This document shows positions 20,330-29,857 of a stretch of DNA of 64,000 nt, piece after piece (within the stretch, counting starts at the first letter, position 1; each line of letters opens with the position of its first letter). The notes below the pieces were generated by a model. It made no database searches and had not been told where the DNA came from. It saw nothing but the letters and a program-made list of their open reading frames with translations. Made by a program: the position numbers and the translations under genes. This stretch comes from an uncultured Gammaproteobacteria bacterium. GTDB taxonomy: Bacteria; Pseudomonadota; Gammaproteobacteria; UBA9214. Location: NCBI GenBank assembly GCA_963748215.1, contig CAVVHS010000006.1:448001-512000 (forward strand), in the 5' to 3' direction.

Positions 20330-20617
20330 TCATTCGTGCGCTATCGTCTTTTCCGTGAAAAGATAATCTTTCAGTTCCTTGTCGAAGGACGGATCATGGC
20401 GACGGATCCATTCCAGTACCATGGCGGCGTGTTCCTTTTCCTCGTCCCTGTTGTGTGCCAGGATAGCCTTCAGCTCACGGTCCTTGCATACGTCGACACG
20501 CTGGTTATACCAGTCCACGGCCTCCAGTTCCTCCATCAGCGAGGTGATGGCGCGATGCATGTCGCGGGTTTCATCCGAGAGTTCGTTGACGGGTTCGTGA
20601 TAACCTTCGTTTGCCAT
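20330..20617 (-). CDS. encapsulated-ferritin-like protein (EncFtn family)
   Basis: MANEGYHEP...HRAITSLMEELEAVDWY...HNRDEEKEHAAM; GGAGA RBS. Confidence 0.92.
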   Translation of the reverse strand: MANEGYHEPVNELSDETRDMHRAITSLMEELEAVDWYNQRVDVCKDRELKAILAHNRDEEKEHAAMVLEWIRRHDPSFDKELKDYLFTEKTIAHE

Positions 20618-20662
20618 GGTGTGTTCTCCGTTTAGGTCTGTTATCCCGATCAGGGGTCGCTT

Positions 20663-21667
20663 GTGAAGCGATGGCTGCTGTCGCTGGCCGGGGTCTGCCT
20701 GGCTGCATGCGCCGGACCGCAACTCCAGCCTGTCCTCGATACTACACAGGCTGCAATTCTATATCCAGATGTCGCGGTCATGGCCGACGGCTATCGTTTG
20801 CCGCTGGTCGTACACGGCCCGCCGGCTGAACCGAAGGCGATCATACTTGCACTGCATGGCTTCAATGACTATCGCAACGCTTTCAGCGAGACAGGCAGGT
20901 ATTTCGCGGAGCGCGGCATTCTGACAGTTGCCTACGACCAGCGGGGCTTTGGTGAAACCGCGCAACGCGGTATCTGGCCAGGCCAGCAGCTGCTCCAGCA
21001 GGATGCTGCAACCCTCGCCAGACTGATATGCCAGCAGCATCCGGATACGCCGCTGTATCTGCTCGGTGAGAGCATGGGCGGAGCTGTCAGCATGCTGGCC
21101 GCTCTTGAGAATAACGGCGATTGTCTGCATGGTGTAATACTGCTCGCACCTGCAGTATGGGGCTGGCAGGCCATGCCCTTCTGGCAGTCCACCATGCTGA
21201 AGATCGCCGCATGGTTTTTTCCGGCACACGAGGTAACCGGCGAAGGACTGAAAATCAGGCCGTCCGACAACATAGAGATGCTGCGTGCATTGGGACGCGA
21301 TCCACTGGTCATCAAGGCGACACGCATCGACGCGATTTACGGACTCACTGATCTGATGGAACAGGCCTATAAAGCAAGTGCTGAAATTACCCTGCCCGTA
21401 CTGCTGTTGTATGGCGAGCATGACGAGGTGATACCGAAACCCGCCCTGTGCAGAATGGTAGCCGGACTGCCGGAAAATCCCGGTTCAACGTGGCGCATGA
21501 TGCTGTATACGGATGGCTACCATATGCTGACGCGTGACCTCCAGGCGGCGACTGTGCTCGGTGATATTGTCACGTGGGTAACTGCCGGGAATCGCCCGGA
21601 ATTGCCCTCCGGTTACGCTGTGGGTCGTGGGGCGGACCGCTTCGAGGCCTTCTGCGCCGGGGTATGA
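20663..21667 (+). CDS. alpha/beta hydrolase, lysophospholipase-like lipoprotein
   Basis: LAAC lipobox; LHGFNDY, YDQRGFG, GESMGG, YGEHDE, GYHML. Confidence 0.9.
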   Translation: MKRWLLSLAGVCLAACAGPQLQPVLDTTQAAILYPDVAVMADGYRLPLVVHGPPAEPKAIILALHGFNDYRNAFSETGRYFAERGILTVAYDQRGFGETAQRGIWPGQQLLQQDAATLARLICQQHPDTPLYLLGESMGGAVSMLAALENNGDCLHGVILLAPAVWGWQAMPFWQSTMLKIAAWFFPAHEVTGEGLKIRPSDNIEMLRALGRDPLVIKATRIDAIYGLTDLMEQAYKASAEITLPVLLLYGEHDEVIPKPALCRMVAGLPENPGSTWRMMLYTDGYHMLTRDLQAATVLGDIVTWVTAGNRPELPSGYAVGRGADRFEAFCAGV

Positions 21668-21689
21668 AGCATGTCGACAGACCCTGTAG

Positions 21690-21703
21690 TTGATCTGTAT
21701 CAA
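21690..21703. promoter_or_regulatory. FNR-type box
   Basis: Perfect TTGAT-CTGT-ATCAA, intergenic, 150 bp upstream of the sulfur globule protein gene. Confidence 0.6.
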
Positions 21704-21852
21704 TTAACGCATATATTCCTGCCGGGTCGTGGGGCGCAGCAGCTGACAGTAAGCGGGTCCGGTTTATAATGAAGCCGACGCTATGCATATCTTATAGGTA
21801 TGCAATGTGGTTTGTGATAAATTGAAATAGTATCGAGTTGGAGGAATAACCT

Positions 21853-22215
21853 ATGAATAAGGTATCGAAGCTCATTGCCTCAACAGTGATTGCCGGTTCT
21901 GCAGCCCTGGCAGCAGGTACGGCAAATGCGTGGTGGGGTAACGACTATTATGATGGTCCCTGGGGTTATCCAGGCTATGGCTGGGGCGGCTATCCCGGTT
22001 ATGGCTGGGGTGGTTATCCCGGTTATGGTGGCTGGGGTGGTTATCCCGGTTATGGTGGCTGGGGGCGTTATGGTGGCTGGGGTGGTTATCCCGGTTATGG
22101 TGGCTGGGGTGGTTATCCCGGTTATGGTGGCTGGGGCGGCTATCCCGGTTATGGCTATGCCGCACCGGTTGCACCGGTTGCACCGACCGCACCGTCAAGC
22201 AGTACCGCCAAGTAA
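21853..22215 (+). CDS. sulfur globule protein (SgpA/B-like)
   Basis: Signal peptide ending ANA, then WWG...GPWGYPGYG and tandem GGWGGYPGY repeats, Ala/Pro tail; GGAGG RBS. Confidence 0.8.
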   Translation: MNKVSKLIASTVIAGSAALAAGTANAWWGNDYYDGPWGYPGYGWGGYPGYGWGGYPGYGGWGGYPGYGGWGRYGGWGGYPGYGGWGGYPGYGGWGGYPGYGYAAPVAPVAPTAPSSSTAK

Positions 22216-22236
22216 GCTGGCATACAGCGGTAACGG

Positions 22237-22267
22237 AAGGCGCGCCCGGCCGGGCGCGCCTTTTTTT
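22237..22267 (+). terminator. intrinsic terminator
   Basis: AAGGCGCGCCCGGCCGGGCGCGCC palindrome followed by T7, between convergent genes. Confidence 0.8.
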
Positions 22268-22272
22268 ATGCG

Positions 22273-23943
22273 CTAGTAGGGTTTCGGTGTTGGGTAATCG
22301 CGGAACACATCCACGCCGCGCATCGGCGGCGCCTGCAGCAGCTGCCACGTGAACAGTTCCTTGGGCTGGGGCAGTTTGCCATCCTGGTAGGCCGACAGAC
22401 AGGCACGCAGGCGCCTGATCTCCGTTGGCATTATCCAGATAGCGTCCGATACCAGCGCCTGCTGCAGTGTTACAGCTTCGTCAAAGTCACCCTTCGCGGC
22501 CCTGGCCAGTGCGAGCAGTTCACGGTGTGGTGGTATCGGTTGCCGTTCGACCAGTTCGCTCGCCAGGTCCAGCGCCGCGGTGGAATCACAGGCCTGCTCT
22601 GTCTCGGGACAGGCTTGCAACTGGATCAGCAGGTAGCGCAATACCGGCTGATCCGGAAAGCGCTTCAGGGCGGCCTCGACCAAGGCCAGGATCTCCGTTT
22701 TCTTATTGCCGGCCTGCAACAGTGCACCGGTGTACGGCAGATATGCCGCCAGATTCCCCGAATCAGAAGCGATCGTGGTGGCGTAATGCTGCTCTGCCTT
22801 GTCAAGTAGTCCGTCTCTGTAATACCGGTTGGCCAGATAGAAATTAGCGCCTGCGTGCGACGGTTCCTGTGCGATCACACGCTGGTACAGGCCTGTTGCA
22901 TCGGCGGCATCACCCTCTTCCTCTGCCAGGATGCCCAGCAGGTACTGTGCCAGCACATTGGATGGAACGCGCGACAGTACGTCTTCTAGTTGCTGTTTTG
23001 CACGCGACTTGTCACCGGTCAGATACAGCGCGCGAGCATAGCTGATGCGGGCCTCGACATTGTCCGGTTCCCGTTCCAGTCCGCGTGCAAAGGCATCACG
23101 GGTACCCACATAGTCCCGTTTCTTGATGGCCTTCATGCCCAGACTGAAATCCACCCGGGATCCCTGCTTCAGTGACTGCAGGCTTTCTATCTGTGGATCC
23201 TCGATGATCGGCAGCCGATCACCCATCTGCTGCTGTTGTGCCTTGGCGGCCTCACTCTGACCGCCCGCCCGCAATGCCTGTGCCAGCGTGTAATGAATCC
23301 GGGTCGCCTCAGGCTGCAATGCCAGTGCACGCTCAAAATAGTCGATGGCACCGGCGAAATCACGCCGCAACACGGCAATCTGGCCGAGACCATACAGTGC
23401 CGCCGCTTCCAGGCCAGCTATCTCGGCAACCTGCCGGTAAGCGGCCTGCGCCTTGTCCAGTTCGTTGAGTTCGAGCCAGGCATCCGCAAGACGCAGCGTT
23501 ACAGGCGGATAGTCGGGACGAAGTCGCCGCGCCTGTTCGAAACGTACGACGGCCTGTTCGGTTTCGCCGGTCACGGCCGTCAGGTAGGCGTGATAGTAGG
23601 CCCAGCGAAAGTTGTCGGGCGCCAGCGTGCGAGCATTGCTGTAACAGGCCATGGCCGCTGTGTATACGCTATGTACCTGATAGAGTGCTCCCAGTTCACC
23701 ATAGGCTTCCGCGATTTCCGCATCCGGCAACTGCCGGTCCACGGCATCGGAGACATGCCGGCGGGCCTCTGCGAGCTGTTCCCGTGTATCGGAGTCCAGC
23801 ATGTCCAGGCTGACCGCGGCGACCAGCTGAAGTCGGTCGATCAACGCTGCAGGTAGCGTGGACAAACTGTCAGCACGCGCAGCCTGGGCGAAAACGAGCA
23901 ACAACAAGGCAAGGACCAATGGGCAGCGGATGACAACAGGCAT
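22273..23943 (-). CDS. exported TPR protein
   Basis: 556 aa; signal peptide; multiple TPRs (AYGELGALY, ALYGLGQIA, AQYLLGILA). Confidence 0.88.
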   Translation of the reverse strand: MPVVIRCPLVLALLLLVFAQAARADSLSTLPAALIDRLQLVAAVSLDMLDSDTREQLAEARRHVSDAVDRQLPDAEIAEAYGELGALYQVHSVYTAAMACYSNARTLAPDNFRWAYYHAYLTAVTGETEQAVVRFEQARRLRPDYPPVTLRLADAWLELNELDKAQAAYRQVAEIAGLEAAALYGLGQIAVLRRDFAGAIDYFERALALQPEATRIHYTLAQALRAGGQSEAAKAQQQQMGDRLPIIEDPQIESLQSLKQGSRVDFSLGMKAIKKRDYVGTRDAFARGLEREPDNVEARISYARALYLTGDKSRAKQQLEDVLSRVPSNVLAQYLLGILAEEEGDAADATGLYQRVIAQEPSHAGANFYLANRYYRDGLLDKAEQHYATTIASDSGNLAAYLPYTGALLQAGNKKTEILALVEAALKRFPDQPVLRYLLIQLQACPETEQACDSTAALDLASELVERQPIPPHRELLALARAAKGDFDEAVTLQQALVSDAIWIMPTEIRRLRACLSAYQDGKLPQPKELFTWQLLQAPPMRGVDVFRDYPTPKPY

Positions 23944-23948
23944 GGGTA

Positions 23949-25787
23949 TTACTCGACAGCCGTCTGGAGAATCGTGAGGGTGGTATCGACACGGTCCACT
24001 GCAACCGCCTGAACCTGACCACCCGGCCAGGTGACACGCAGTGCATCGATCCGCTCGTTTTCGCCGAGCCCGAAGGTCACCGGTAATTCGACCTGTGACA
24101 GATAACTGCGTGTCGGCATGACTACGCGGCGCTGGGTAGTACCACCGGCCTGCAATTCGAGAACGGCACCAATGGCGCTGCGGTTCGCGTCACGGCCTTC
24201 CAGTCGCACACGCAGCCAGTGATGACCGAGTTGCTGGTTATTACGGAACAGTATAGCCGTACGCCCGTTCTGGTTGACGGCGATATCGAGATCGCCATCA
24301 TTATCAATGTCGGCATAGGCAGCTCCCCGGCCGACCATGGGTTCGTTGAGGTCGCCGGGGTCGGCGATCAGCTGGAAACGGGTGCGGCAGGCATCGCCGC
24401 AGTTCCAGAACAGCTGGGCGGGCTGCGCGTAGGTCTGGCTGGGCTGTACCACGTTGATCTCGGTTTCCAGGTGACCATTGGCCTGGAACAGGTCAAGTCG
24501 GCCGTCCAGGTCATAGTCGAAGAAGAACAGGCCGAAGGTCAGCGCCAGGCGTGAAGCGGGACCAAAGCCTTCCAGGACTGCTTCGTCGGCAAACGGCGGC
24601 TTGCCGTCGGCCGTGACATACAATGAACTCATCTCGTTGGCGAAGTTGCCGATGCCGATGGCCAGGTCGTCGTCGTTGCGGTACCAGGCGCTGTCGATAC
24701 CCATGGCGCCGGTTGCTTTCCCGTTGCGATCGTAAGCGATGCCCTCCAGTACACCGATTTCCTCGAACCTGCCCTGCCCCAGGTTGTGGTAGAGAAAATT
24801 ACGGGTGGTGTCGTTGGCGACGAACAGGTCGACCAGTCCGTCATGGTCGTAGTCCACCGGTGCGACTGCCAGCGCCTTGCCGACCGCGACACCCGTTTTC
24901 GGGTCCCTGACAATCATGCCGGCGGATTCCGTGATGTCGGTAAACGCGCCGTTCCCGTCATTGCGGTACAGGTGGTTGAGAGTGCCATAGAAGTGATTGG
25001 GGGCGCCGATCGCCCGGCCGACCCCGGTCAGTCGAAAATCGATTTCCAGGTCAATCTTGCGCGACCATTCGACATAGTTACCGGCAAACAGGTCGAGGTC
25101 GCCGTCGTTGTCTATGTCGATGAAGGCGGCAGCGGTACTCCATTCGGCCGACGTGCCGGCCGTGTTGCTGCCTGGCGTGACATCGCTGAATGTACCACGC
25201 ACGTTTCTGAGCAGGTGGTTCTCACCCAGCGCAGTCAGGTACAGGTCGGTCCAGCCATCATTGTCGAAGTCGCCAACGGCGACGCCCATGCAGTAACAGG
25301 TCAACGCGAGACCGGACGGTTGCGTAACATCGGTAAAGTTGCCGCTGCCGTCATTGCGGTACAGGGCCTGGGTCGGGGCCTCGCCCTGGTGCTGGCCGGG
25401 AAACCAGTCCGAGTTGACCAGCAACAGGTCCTGGTCGCCGTCATTGTCATAATCCAGGAACGCGATGCCACTGCCAATGGCCTCCGGGATGAGTTTTTCG
25501 CCATAGGCACCGTTGGTGTGTGTAAAAGCGATGCCTGCGCTTTTCGTGATGTCCTTGAATGACGTCGCTGGTGCCCGGGGTTCGCCGGTCTTGTCATCGA
25601 CGACCGGACCCGTGGGTGTGGCCTCGACAACCGGCAGGGGTGTTTCGTCTTCCTGGCGCAGGTACCACATCACCCCGGCCGCGATCACCGCCAGTACCAG
25701 TATGATAACCAGAGAGCGGTAAAATGCACCACGTATGATGGATTCCCCGTGATGCTGGTCGTGCCCGGGCTGTCTCTGTTTATTCAC
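23949..25787 (-). CDS. CRTAC1/ASPIC-UnbV family protein with FG-GAP repeats
   Basis: Repeated DYDNDGDxD motifs; C-terminal NRSAIGA...SYLSQ...FGLG..VTWPGG; N-terminal TM; probable GTG start overlapping the upstream stop. Confidence 0.9.
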   Translation of the reverse strand: MNKQRQPGHDQHHGESIIRGAFYRSLVIILVLAVIAAGVMWYLRQEDETPLPVVEATPTGPVVDDKTGEPRAPATSFKDITKSAGIAFTHTNGAYGEKLIPEAIGSGIAFLDYDNDGDQDLLLVNSDWFPGQHQGEAPTQALYRNDGSGNFTDVTQPSGLALTCYCMGVAVGDFDNDGWTDLYLTALGENHLLRNVRGTFSDVTPGSNTAGTSAEWSTAAAFIDIDNDGDLDLFAGNYVEWSRKIDLEIDFRLTGVGRAIGAPNHFYGTLNHLYRNDGNGAFTDITESAGMIVRDPKTGVAVGKALAVAPVDYDHDGLVDLFVANDTTRNFLYHNLGQGRFEEIGVLEGIAYDRNGKATGAMGIDSAWYRNDDDLAIGIGNFANEMSSLYVTADGKPPFADEAVLEGFGPASRLALTFGLFFFDYDLDGRLDLFQANGHLETEINVVQPSQTYAQPAQLFWNCGDACRTRFQLIADPGDLNEPMVGRGAAYADIDNDGDLDIAVNQNGRTAILFRNNQQLGHHWLRVRLEGRDANRSAIGAVLELQAGGTTQRRVVMPTRSYLSQVELPVTFGLGENERIDALRVTWPGGQVQAVAVDRVDTTLTILQTAVE

Positions 25788-28668
25788 CTGTATTTGTCTC
25801 TCCGGCTGTTGCAGGTGAAAGTGTACCGTCCCGGCCGTCATGGCGTGTTTGATCTGCATCAGGTTCGCGTGCAAGTGCCAGCTGCTGTGCACTGCAGGCC
25901 GTTCCTGCTGCAGGTAAGGTCATGTCGTCCGCCTGGACGCGATTCAATTCGTAGATGGCGATGGCCGCCGCGGCATGGTCGGCGGCCGGATTGGCGGTGC
26001 GATGGCGGGTAACCGCCTGTTCGATCGCGCTGTCATCACGTCGGAACTGTTCGTGCAGTGTGCGATGGTGGTCCGCGAGTTCGGTATTGCCCTGCTGCGC
26101 GTACACCAGCGCCAGGTTGAAATGCGCGGCCGCGTCTTCGGGATCGATGACCAGCGTCCTGTCGAACCATCCACGTGCGAGGTCCAGCTGTATCTTGCGG
26201 TCCTGCTGATGCCGCTCTCCGCGCAGCTGCCGCGCCCGCTCGTACAGCGCGCGACCGAGTTCGTTGAGCAGGCGGGTGTCGCGCGAAAAATCGTAGCCAC
26301 GCTGACGGGCCAGGTTGAACCGGTTGTCGACGATGGATTCCAGGGTCGCTATGGCTTCCTCGAGGTGACCGTTCTGGCGATCGATGAGGGCGCTGTACCA
26401 GGCGACCGTCCAGGGTACGGCAGGCTTTGCCGCCTTGCCTGCGCGCACCAGCGCCGTGGCTGCATCATCCAGGCGGCCTTCCTTGAAGTAGACGCGTGCC
26501 AGGTTGAGAGCACCGTACCCCTCTCCCAGCGACTCGACCTCGCGAAAGGCCTGTTCCGCCTGGCGCAGTTCTCCCTTGCCGGACCCGCTGTCGCCCTCGC
26601 GCAGCAGTCCGATGCCGTAATCGTTCCAGCGTTCGGTGAGTGCTATGTCCTGTGACTGTTCCGGCAGCGGCTGCGTACTGCCGGCTATCGGGATGCGCAC
26701 CGAGTCACGGGCCATGACCGTGACCGGCAGCGTATTGCAATCGAAGGCGTCGCCCTGGATGTGCCTGAGATAGGTGGTGTCGAACTTGCGGTAATTGAGA
26801 CGTGCGTCCAGCGTCACCTCGCCGCTGGCATCTGCGGGCACCTCCAGCAGGTAATGCACCACCGTGGCCGCCCCGGGTGGTATCTGGTGGTTGTACAGGG
26901 GTACGAAGATGTCCTGCGCGTTGCGCCGGTCTATGCGGTTGCCATCGCGGTCCAGTACGTAGGCATTGGCGAAGTAAGACCAGGGATCGACCATTCCACT
27001 CTTGTCCAGTGCCCCGCTACGGCCGATCAGGGTTTCCCCGTTGCGGGCTGCAAGCTCCAGCCAGAGTTCATTGGAATCCGCGGTGCCCTCGGTCATGGCA
27101 TGTCCCATCCCCGTGGTGCGGATCACGACCTCGACGAGGTAGCGACTGCCCGGCTTGAGTTCGGGCAGTGTCGGTCTTAACGGCGCATGCAGTATCCCGT
27201 CGATATGACCTTCCTCCTTGATGCCGAAAATATCGATGCGTGCGGCCTTGCGTAACTGTTCCTGCTGGGTCTCGATGACGGCACCGGGCAGGTCCACCAT
27301 GCTCGCAACACCGGTATTCGCGCCCGGGAACTGGTGACTGTGGATGCTGCGCTTGCCACTGGCGTCGAAATCACGCGCGGCCGGGTCATCTGACGCCTCG
27401 AGCGGCATGTGGCACTGGCTGCAACGTGGCACGGCACGTGGCGGGTAGTAGAAACTGTCGACCCGGTGACCGGATACCCCGCTCTGCAGGAAGCTGTCGT
27501 AGTGGTCCTGGCCGCGCAGCCAGCGGTAGTGGTTGATCTCCTCCGTCAGGCTGACCTTGTGGCAGACCGAGCAGAACTCGGCCGACTGGTGCAGGGGTTT
27601 CAGCAGGGTCTTCTTGTGCAGTTCCGGCTTGGCCCTGATCAGCAGATGATTGATATTCGTGAGCAGCGTGGCGTCGCTGAACGCAAACGGGTAGCGCAGC
27701 GGATCGACCAGGGTGTAATCGCCGTTGCCGCGCGGGCTGTTGATGCGTTCGATGGCATGACAGGCCATGCAGGTGATACCGGCCAGTCCGGTCGGGTCAT
27801 TGACCAGGTCAAAGTCCGGATCATCAAAGCGGCCGCTGAACAGCGGCACGGGGTCGTGACAGGCGGCGCAGAAGCGCGACATCCGTACTGAACCGTCTCG
27901 CTCGAGGGCGACCTTGCGGGTCTCCTCGACGCTGAACTTGTAGGCAGGGTTGTTCATGGAACTGAAGCGATGCATGCTGTGTTCATGCGTCTTTGCAATG
28001 TTCTCGTGGCAGACGGCGCAGGCCGCGTCCGTCATCAGGTGCTCCGGCGGTATCGATTCCGTACCGGCAAGCCGGGCGAACGAGGGCGGGAATTCGGCGC
28101 TGGTCTCCACATGCTCCTGCATGACCGGGCCTGCCTGCAGTATGACCATCATGGCAGCAAAGCCCAGTGCGGCCAGTGACCAGCGCATGCCGCTGCGCCA
28201 GTGTATGGGAGGGCCGGCCAGGCGATGCAGTACGAACAGCCAGATCACCGCAAACGGGCTGATGACATGGAGCCAGTAGCCGGCACGCCGGATGGTCGGG
28301 TCATTGAGCTCAAAGAATTCGAACCGGGTCAGCAACAGGCCGGTCAGCAGCAGGACCAGCGTGCTGGCGAACAATGCGAAACCGGCACGAATGGCGGCGC
28401 GGTTCGGTCGTCGAACGGCGCGCCGCATGTGGCCGGTTGCGAATGCGAGGAACGGCAGGATCAGCACCAGGCCCAGCAGCAGGTGTACCAGGAACATCAG
28501 CAGGTAGAAGTAATCCTGATAGAGCCGGCCGGTGAATTCCTCCAGTAATGTGATCGAGACCAGGTAGACCGAGTTGACCGCCATCAGGGCGAACAACAGG
28601 AACACGGCGGTCAGCAGCTTGCCGAGACGAGGGGTGATTACCGGGTGGGTGGTTTCCATGATTGTCAT
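25780..28668 (-). CDS. membrane-anchored pentaheme cytochrome c with C-terminal TPRs
   Basis: Probable start MTIMETTHP; about 5 TM helices; CAVCH, CAACH, CMACH, CSVCH, CSQCH; TPRs (RWNDYGIGLL, AHFNLALVY). Confidence 0.88.
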   Translation of the reverse strand: MTIMETTHPVITPRLGKLLTAVFLLFALMAVNSVYLVSITLLEEFTGRLYQDYFYLLMFLVHLLLGLVLILPFLAFATGHMRRAVRRPNRAAIRAGFALFASTLVLLLTGLLLTRFEFFELNDPTIRRAGYWLHVISPFAVIWLFVLHRLAGPPIHWRSGMRWSLAALGFAAMMVILQAGPVMQEHVETSAEFPPSFARLAGTESIPPEHLMTDAACAVCHENIAKTHEHSMHRFSSMNNPAYKFSVEETRKVALERDGSVRMSRFCAACHDPVPLFSGRFDDPDFDLVNDPTGLAGITCMACHAIERINSPRGNGDYTLVDPLRYPFAFSDATLLTNINHLLIRAKPELHKKTLLKPLHQSAEFCSVCHKVSLTEEINHYRWLRGQDHYDSFLQSGVSGHRVDSFYYPPRAVPRCSQCHMPLEASDDPAARDFDASGKRSIHSHQFPGANTGVASMVDLPGAVIETQQEQLRKAARIDIFGIKEEGHIDGILHAPLRPTLPELKPGSRYLVEVVIRTTGMGHAMTEGTADSNELWLELAARNGETLIGRSGALDKSGMVDPWSYFANAYVLDRDGNRIDRRNAQDIFVPLYNHQIPPGAATVVHYLLEVPADASGEVTLDARLNYRKFDTTYLRHIQGDAFDCNTLPVTVMARDSVRIPIAGSTQPLPEQSQDIALTERWNDYGIGLLREGDSGSGKGELRQAEQAFREVESLGEGYGALNLARVYFKEGRLDDAATALVRAGKAAKPAVPWTVAWYSALIDRQNGHLEEAIATLESIVDNRFNLARQRGYDFSRDTRLLNELGRALYERARQLRGERHQQDRKIQLDLARGWFDRTLVIDPEDAAAHFNLALVYAQQGNTELADHHRTLHEQFRRDDSAIEQAVTRHRTANPAADHAAAAIAIYELNRVQADDMTLPAAGTACSAQQLALAREPDADQTRHDGRDGTLSPATAGETNTGE

Positions 28669-28811
28669 ATCTTGCTGATTTAGCCGGTAAATAATAACTT
28701 CATGGCGCCGGCGGATACTTGATTTAAAGCAAATGACGATGATGAAAGACACAAGCGCGGGTTTACAGTCGGGGTTGGCGTGACGTCGTGATATTTCAGC
28801 CTTGCGCCGTT

Positions 28812-29060
28812 TGGCCCGAGCCCGCGTGGCTGCTCTACATCCCGACCCGGATAAACAAAAAAGCCCCGCAAGAGGCTGATTCATTTGCGGCGGAGAGGGT
28901 GGGATTACTCGGCCTTTGGCCTCGCCCCTGCGGGGTCGCCGTCGCGACGGCCGCGACGGCGCTGTCTCGCACTGCTGCGCAGTGCTCGGCTCGAACCCGC
29001 GTGGCTTCTCACCCACCCTGCCCCGATAAAGAACAAGCCCCCAAAGGGGCCTGTTCATTT
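28812..29060 (-). repeat. RtT-like tRNA-linked repeat (duplicated tRNA 3' end plus terminator)
   Basis: GGCGGAGAGGGTGGGATT at 28889 copies the tRNA 3' end at 29062 (offset 173), followed by a hairpin-rich insert and TCGAACCC; terminator-like hairpins near 28861 and 29035. Confidence 0.7.
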
Positions 29061-29148
29061 TGGCGGAGAGGGTGGGATTCGAACCCACGGACCGTCGCCG
29101 GTCAACGGTTTTCAAGACCGTCGCTTTCGACCACTCAGCCACCTCTCC
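29061..29148 (-). tRNA. serT: tRNA-Ser (anticodon TGA)
   Basis: GGAGAGGTGGCTGAGTGGTCGAAAGCGACGGTCTTGAAAACCGT...GGTTCGAATCCCACCCTCTCCGCCA; 88 nt, long variable arm, encoded CCA. Confidence 0.97.
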
Positions 29149-29621
29149 TGAACCTGCTACTTTCGCTGTCTGGCAAGCTGCTATCGGCAACGTCACGACG
29201 CGACTCCCCCGCCGCTTTGCTCGGCACATCCCTGTGCCTCACCCCTGCGGGGCCGCCGTTGCGGGCTCCGGCGTCCTGAATCGCTCCCGGCGATTCAGTC
29301 GACCACTCAGCCACCTCTCCTGAACCTGCTACTTTCGCTGTCTGGCAAGCTGCTATCGGCAACGTCACGACGCGACTCCCCCGCCGCTTTGCTCGGCACA
29401 TCCCTGTGCCTCACCCCTGCGGGGCCGCCGTTGCGGGCTCCGGCGTCCTGAATCGCTCCCGGCGATTCAGTCGACCACTCAGCCACCTCTCCTGAACCTG
29501 CTACTTTCGCTGTCTGGCAAGCTGCTATCGGCAGCGTCACGACGCGACTCCCCCGCCGCTTTGCTCGGCACATCCCTGTGCCTCACCCCTGCGGGGCCGC
29601 CGTCGCGAGGCTCCGGCGTCC
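29127..29621. repeat. 172-bp tandem repeat (~2.9 copies) containing the first 22 nt of tRNA-Ser
   Basis: TCGACCACTCAGCCACCTCTCC... recurs at 29127, 29299 and 29471 with near identity. Confidence 0.95.
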
Positions 29622-29857
29622 GCGCCTGCAGGCCCGATAGACAGGCCTGTGTTCTCGACCTGCGGGCCACCATCATCATCGCTGGATGCCGCGCAAGAAT
29701 ACCGGAAGCCAGCCGCTCCTGGCCAGTGAATTGCCACAAAAAACTCATGTTTATCAAGTTGCTGTTTCCGGGCGGGATGTATATCCTTAGTGAACTGCTA
29801 GGGTATTGAATTGTCATACCCGGTACCAAACTGTTACAGCCAAGGAGTTAGCAAAAC

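Noticed and set aside
21961-22156. Non-coding tandem repeat
   Set aside because: Explained by the in-frame GGWGGYPGY repeats of the sulfur globule protein
28669-29229. N-terminal ~190 aa of the 1149-aa ORF and the duplicated 88-aa ORFs at 29135-29573
   Set aside because: They read through the tRNA and its repeats; the protein-like sequence starts at MTIMETTHP
29127-29621. CRISPR array or prophage attachment site
   Set aside because: Units are 172 bp with no unique spacers; no cas or integrase gene nearby
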